64,000 nt of DNA from Eledone cirrhosa (taxonomy: Eukaryota): contig OZ024743.1 in assembly GCA_964016885.1 (NCBI GenBank), forward strand, positions 170,314,001-170,378,000, read 5' to 3'. Position numbers and translations under genes: made by a program. Numbering within the stretch: position 1 is the stretch's first letter; every line of letters begins with the position of its first letter. Under the pieces are notes generated by a model. The model was not told the DNA's origin and made no database searches. It worked only from the letters and a program-made list of their open reading frames with translations. Below are positions 57,357 through 64,000 of this stretch, one piece after another.

Positions 57357-57851
57357 GGAAAACATGAAACGAAATTTCATTTCTCACTCTTAGTATGGCT
57401 GTTACTTAAATATAAGTATGTATACGTACATACATATATGTATACAGACGTACAGTAGTATGTATATATATATAAATACATACATGCACACATATATATA
57501 TGTACGTATGGATTCACCGAACATTTATTATAATGCTCGGTGTGTTTGTAAACAAAATCCCGAATTAAGCCGTAGTGTCTAGCAACCATCGTTGCTCATT
57601 TGTTCAACCCTGACAAATGAACGCTGTACTAGTTTCAAGTTTATTAACTATCATCAACAATATATACCTTCCTGCCAGATGGTTGAACGTCTGAAAGTAT
57701 AAACTTTCCTTATGCATATTAACGGCTGAGCAGCCTAATTTGCATATCGAGTGAGTTAATCGGCCGGGGTACCGAAAACGATAAACGGAAAAAATGAAAC
57801 GAAATTTCATTTCTCACAGAAATGAAATTTCGTTTCATTTTTTCCGTTTAT
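57357..57851 (-). mobile_element. Retrozyme-like element, subfamily 2 (430-bp unit) with terminal 34-bp foldback
   Basis: Homologous to 17867-18348; ATTTGCAT at 57738-57745; minus-strand hammerhead 57621-57663 TTGATGA-TAGTTAATAAACTT-GAAAC-TA-GTA; repeat ATGAAACGAAATTTCATTTCTCAC at 57364 and 57794. Confidence 0.78.
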
Positions 57852-58687
57852 ACATGCACACATACACATACATGTTTTACTAAGTGTGTATGCATCTCAG
57901 GACAATTAATAATCTGTGTATGGGCTAAGCTGCTGTATTTATAAAGTATTGCTAAACAATAAAAGAAAAAAAAGCTGTTGATTAAGATAGTGTTTGCTTT
58001 GATACCATTGAAGTGAAGATTTTGGTCTGCTTGTAAGAAATATGAAGAACTTATTACAGTTTCTATTCTGATTAACCCTGGGTTGCTGCTCCCACATGTC
58101 TCTGCATGTTACACGATACATTTACTATGCTTGTATCCAATACCCCATCAACTAAAGCAGGGAATTCACAAATATTACCGTGTTGGATTAAATGGCCTTA
58201 CAGAATTTGTTCCCACACTTTGCGTCTTGAGTTCAAATCCTGTTGTATTCAAGTTTGCTTTTTATTCTTTCGGGATTGATAAATAAATTACTTGTCCAAG
58301 GCCATGGATTGGTGGAATTGTTAGATTGTTGAACAGATTACTTTGTGTATTTTGAGTTCAAATCCCACCTCCTGTCACTGGAAAATAAATGACATGAGGC
58401 TCCTGTTATTAAGGTTGCATCTCATAGGAAACCAACTAAACTTACATATGTGTGAGACGTAACAGCAACAACAACAACAATGGTGGTGGTGATGATGGTG
58501 GCAGTGGTGGTAACTTACAAGAACTGGCTCAGGGCTCAAGGAGGACCCTGCCCCTATCCTTCTGACTGTTCTTCCTTAGGAAATATTCCCTCTTAAACTC
58601 TCCAAGATACAGGAGGGAGATATCCATGCTTTCAGAACTTCAAAATATATGGTTGATGAGGCAAAGAGGGGTTTGTTCCACACTTCT

Positions 58688-59070
58688 ATGTATGTGTAAT
58701 GTATGTGTGCATAGCATATGTATGTGGTGTATGTATGCGTGGTTTGTATGTGGTGTATGTATACATAGTTTGTATATGGTGTATGTATGCGGGTTTGTAT
58801 GTGGTGTATTTATAACATATGTATATATGTGTTTTGTGTATGTATGTGTAGTGTGAATGTGATATATCTATATGTTTTCTGTATGTGGTTTATGAATGTA
58901 TGGTGTGCATGTATGTATGGCATGTGTATGTGGTGTACATATATGATGTATGACTGGTGTATGTGGTGTACATATGTGATGTATGTCTGTGGTGTATGTG
59001 GTGTATATATGTAGTGTATGTATGTTCTGTGTGCAAGTGGTGTGTATGTATGAGGGGCATGTATGTGTTT
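58688..59070. repeat. TG-rich low-complexity repeat (a similar tract lies at 60030-60335)
   Basis: Direct reading. Confidence 0.9.
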
Positions 59071-60340
59071 AATTTACTACTTTTCTTTTTTATAGGTTCA
59101 GCAATATGTAGCTGGGTCCCTCATTGGCTCTACTATGTAGACTTTAGGATGGAAAATTGACAGAGTTGTTAGAACTTAGAATAAGATGCCTTGTAATATT
59201 TGTTCTGACTCTATGCTCTGCGTTCGAAACCCATTAGGATCCTCTTTGGCTTTTATCCTTTCATGGTTAATAAAATAAAGTATAATCGAGGTAGTGTTTT
59301 AGTGGAATCATTAGCACATTGCAGTATCTGTTCCAACTCATCGTGTTCTGAGTTCAAACCGCATGGTCTTCTACTTGGGTGGTAGACTTAATCTGTTACC
59401 CAGAGTCCAATCTGTTGTCAGCATTCAGGCCAGGTCCCTATTTTCTTACCACCATTCTCAGAAGCCCTGAAAAGGTCATGAGCATTTCCCTTCTCTCCAT
59501 AACTAAACAGTTAAATCTCAATATCTCTACAAACAGGTTTGTTAATTAAATTGTTTAATTGCAGTATTATAATAAATACTTTAATTTTTAATGTAACACA
59601 GTTTTGTAGTATCTTTAGTTTTTAATGTGGTGCTATTTTGTAGGTCCTAAGAACATCTTGCTATTTCATGAAGTATAAGACATTAAGATTTAAACAAATC
59701 ACAAATTACTAAATCAATGGTGTGGTGATGCTATTATGTTAGGCATAATTTGAACTAGCTCTGTGACCTGAAAAATTATTTGAATTATCATCTGAGGGGG
59801 TTAAGTTAGTGGAAAAGGAAATCATATTCTATTGTCTTATCTCTCATCCCCAAACTGCATGTAATTGAGATTGAGGATCCAATTCACCACAAGTAGTGAG
59901 TGGATTTCAAAAGATAGCTGACAGGTTTTCTATTTTATAACTAAGTAAATTCTGAAAAGGTGTATCATGTTATATAAAATAGGTACTTGCCCTAAATTCA
60001 ATATGTTGATTTAAAACAGGAGTGGTATTATTTGTTTGTTTATATGTGTGTGTATGTGTACATGTCTGTATGTGTGTATATATATGTGCGTGTGTCTATA
60101 TGTGTATGTTTGTATATATATATATGTGTGTGTATATGTGTACATGTCTGTATGTGTGTATATATATGTGTGTGTCTATATGTGTATGTGTTTATATATA
60201 TATATGTGTGTGTGTATATATATATGTGTGTGTGTGTGTGTGTATATATGTGTGTGTGTGTATGTATATATATATGTGTGTGTGTGTATATATATATTTA
60301 TGTGTGTTTATATATTTATGTATATATATATACTTATATG

Positions 60341-61591
60341 TGAGGATGGGCTAAAAAGTTCATAGGCTAACTATGAAGGTGTGATGTTAGAGCTGTGAAA
60401 TCTTACCTACATTAATTACAACTCTTCTTATTAATAACTGTATTGCTTCCTTCCAGGTAAACTGACATCTGACTGTTCAAAGAAAACCTCAAAAGGTACT
60501 ATTAGAGACTTCTCTTGAATATTGACAAAATTTGGCATCGTGATGTTATCAAGTACCTGCAGAAAAAGGGTTTAGCTCCCAAGGTCATTCATGCTAACAT
60601 AGTTTCTACATTAAGTAATGACACTCCAGCTTTAGCAACAGTGCAAAAGTGGGCAACTGAATTTAAGAGGGGAAGGGAGAGTCTTGAAGATGACAAAAGA
60701 TCTGGATGTCCTGCAACTGCCATCATCGAGGAAAACATTGAGTGTGTTCACCACATGGTGATGGATGACATGTGATAAATCAAATAGCCAATGCTATTAG
60801 CATATCCTGTGAGAAAGTTGAGAAAATTCTACACAATGAACTTGGCATGATGAAGGTTTCTGCTCAGTGGGTCACATGTCTTCTGATAACAGATCAAAAG
60901 AGCATCATGAGAAAATCTGACATTGATTGAGGCTGATCCAGCTGGTTTCCTGAATAGATGTTGGGTTCATCACTTTGAGCCAGTGACTCAGAGACAATCC
61001 ATGCAGTGGAAACCCCCCCCCCCTCACCTGCTCCAAGAAGGCAAAGGTTGTTTCATCTGCTGGGAAGGCGATGGCCTCAGATTTTAGGGATGCAAAAGGC
61101 ATTGTGTTTATTGTCTACCTTGAAAAGGACCACACCATCAATAGAGAGTACTGTACCAACTTGCTGAGGCTGTTATGAAAGGCTGTCAAGACCAAACACC
61201 CAGGAAAACTGATGAAAAGGGTCTTATTTCATCAGGGCAATGCTCCAACACACAAGTCCTTGGTTTCAATGACTGCTGTGCATGATTGTGGCTTTGAACT
61301 AACTGATCACCCTCCCTATTCTCCTTATTTGGCCCCATTTGACTATCATTTGTTCTCCAACAAGAAAAAACTTTGGCTGGGAACCAGTATAGCATTAATG
61401 ATGACATCATATCTGCTATTGATGACTTTTGACCAACAGGATGAAAGCTTCTTCACCAATGGGATACAAGCATTGCAACACCGAAGGAAGAAGTGTGGGC
61501 TGCAGGGGAGACTGTGTTGAAAAATAAACCTCATTTGATCACATTTCATGAGAGTATCTTACTCAGCCTATGAACTTTTCAGCTGACACTC

Positions 61592-61592
<1 letters not shown>
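60341..61592 (+). mobile_element. Full-length decayed Tc1/mariner (mariner-type) transposon
   Basis: Imperfect ~28-bp TIRs (TGAGGATGGGCTAAAAAGTTCATAGGCT / AGCCTATGAACTTTTCAGCTGACACTCA|TA); transposase remnants VIKYLQKKG..FKRGRESLEDDKRSG and HPPYSPYLAPFDYHLF with stops. Confidence 0.9.
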
Positions 61593-61631
<39 letters not shown>

Positions 61632-64000
61632 AAAAGATAGGATAGTGAAGTCAGCTTGAATTCTTTTGATCATAGCTCTGCTGGATTTTGGCTGACCCAG
61701 GGCTAAACAACAGTAGTGTCAAAAACAACAGCAATAACAGTAACAATGTGAAAATGTTTCTAAATTTTGAACTTTATGGCAAGAGTTCAGTTTAATATAA
61801 ACCAAAAATAAACAATAAGTGGATATTCTCCCCTATCCCTACCAACTTCACCAAATTTGACAATACTTTAGTTTATTGGTACCAAAAAAATATATAAATT
61901 TATTGTTGAACAGAAATACATGCATTGATGAAATTATTTTTAGAACATGGATTTAAAATAATAAATAGGAAAATCGAAAAAAAAAAAAAAAAAAAAAATA
62001 TTAAATAATGAAAATGTGAAGGAGGAAGGGATTGGCAAACTTTATGCTCCAGACTAGATTGTATAGCTCAACTGTATCCTGCAGACAAAATGGTGAAAGC
62101 ATTGTTGCAGAGAACAGCCAGTAACATTCACTGCATCACCCATTTTCCTCTCATATGGATCCTTCATCAAGTGGGATGCAGTTCTCCCAATTTTGTGGTG
62201 GAAAATGGCAGTCTGGGGTGACCAGCATGAAAAGGAAGCAATCAGTCAAGCCCTGGTATTTGGATATCTTCCACTCCTCAATTGATGATTTAAAATAAAA
62301 CAGTTACATATGCCAAAATTATATATATATATATATATACACACACACAAACACACAAGATATATAGAGCCTTATGATTGTTATTCTGAATTTCATTTAT
62401 GTAATTTTTTTATGTTACATATAACTACGACTTTTTAAATTTATTCTTCATTATAAACACTAAAGCTAAATGAGAAACAGAAAGGTCAGAAATGTTTTGG
62501 CAGGGTGAGCTAATTGAGGGTTTCTGGTGTTGTCGCTTCCCATCCTAATTGTTGAGGGTTGGGGATTTTGGACAATTGCATCAATGCTCTATACAATGTT
62601 GTATGTCCATGATTCTCATCATGGAAAAAAGTGATGCCAGTGAATCCTGAATTCTCATCTAACCATTACTCTGAAACCGAATATAGGGTTTAGTCAAATA
62701 AATCAGCCCTTTTCCCTCAGTAGTCAAATGGCATCTTTTGTGTGTAAAATACAAGTCAGAATCTATGTAGAAGCTTATTAAATAGATTAATGTCCTCAAC
62801 TATCAGAAAACACAAACCTATAAATCCACTACATGGTCACTCGATCATCTAGAAAGAGCAGTCACAAACTCCACTATAGTTTTAAAGGTTTACTCATTAT
62901 AGATACAGACATGGTTGACTTGTGAATAAGTTTTCTTCACAGTGAGGTTCCAGGTTCAATCCTACTGTATGGCATCTTGGGCAGGTGTTTTTTTTTTGTT
63001 GTTTTTTTTGTTTTTCTGTCAGCGCTTCAGGTCAACCAAAGCTTTATGAGTGAAATACAGTCTATGAAAACTGTATTGAAGCTCATTGGTTGGACTGTAT
63101 CTGTAATTCAAAGTGCAAGCTTTATCACACAGTATCACATTGATTCTGCCTGAGGATTACATTAAGAATCTTTGGAATACTCAGCCACTTACATGTTAAT
63201 TGAATGAGAACGTTGACTGAACATAATTGAAACCAATGGAAGATCTATTATTTTACTGAGCACAGAAAGATGAATGCGTTTGGAAAAGACAACTCGGAAA
63301 ATTGATTGTTCTAAAACTCATTCTCATAGTCAAGAAATTGAGATTTAATTACTCAAAATTAATTTGCATGTTTAGGAGAAAGTAATCTTTGTTAGCAGGA
63401 AAGGAGACAGCTATTGTTGTTTTTTGATCTTTTGGAGAGAATTTTGAAAGAGATTAGCTTTACTTTCTTTGACCTGCATAAGATGTTGGACACAATTAGG
63501 ATCTATTGTGTGATCTACTATGGAATGTACTCATGAAGTTCAATTTCCCACCATGTTTTCTTCATATGTTGCAGCTGATGGAATGATGGCTAACGTTTTC
63601 TGTGGATAGCCAATCATCTCTGCTGAAGTTGATATAGGTGTTAGGGATGTCTTCTTACTCCCATTTGTTTTTAACATATATCTTGTCTCTGTCACACTAT
63701 TCTCAAGGTATCACTTGAACAATACAATATGTGTGAGATTTTGCCTGCTTTAAAACTTGGACCAGACTGCAGTATGCAGATGTTGTTACTAGTGTATCTC
63801 TTTCTCCATTCAGACAGTTTGCAAAGAACTGCTCTGTCCTTGAATTTGGCCTGTCAATGGGTGACACTCGATCTTCTTTTAATAATAATAATAATAATAA
63901 TCAACCTCTTACCAACATTTCTATTGAAAACCATATCTTGGGCTTCACCTCTTCTTTTGTGTATCTTAGGATCTTTTGTGTTTCAATTATATTGTTTGAT

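Noticed and set aside
59449-59501. Possible 53-nt minus-strand exon (TTTAG|...|GTAAG)
   Set aside because: Too short, with no recognisable peptide and no partner exons; needs RNA evidence.
63400-63880. Coding-like purine-rich minus strand
   Set aside because: Stops in the frames examined and no recognisable motif.

Overview
AT-rich animal genomic DNA consisting almost entirely of repeats. The repeat landscape resembles a cephalopod or other mollusc (inference only). I found no supportable host gene; the many Y/I/M/C/V-rich ORFs are translations of (TA)n microsatellites. Long (TA)n tracts host a nested community of mobile elements. These are five Penelope-like elements (PLEs; RT plus C-terminal GIY-YIG, one nearly intact), about a dozen 5'-truncated RTE-type LINEs of three families with (GAT)n tails, two tRNA-derived SINE families, two Helitron helicase remnants, two complete non-autonomous Helitrons, and a dead mariner. 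Three signals stand out that the ORF track does not explain. (1) About 15 type-I hammerhead ribozyme motifs occur, several with unusually large stem-II insertions. (2) Three copies of a 425-461 bp non-coding, terminally redundant retrozyme-like element (two diverged subfamilies) conserve an ATGCAAAT octamer, a minimal hammerhead on a long stem, and a GATG-loop hairpin. (3) A C4HC3 PHD finger is inserted inside the reverse transcriptase of all three RTE families. All ribozyme folds were paired by eye and have not been computed.
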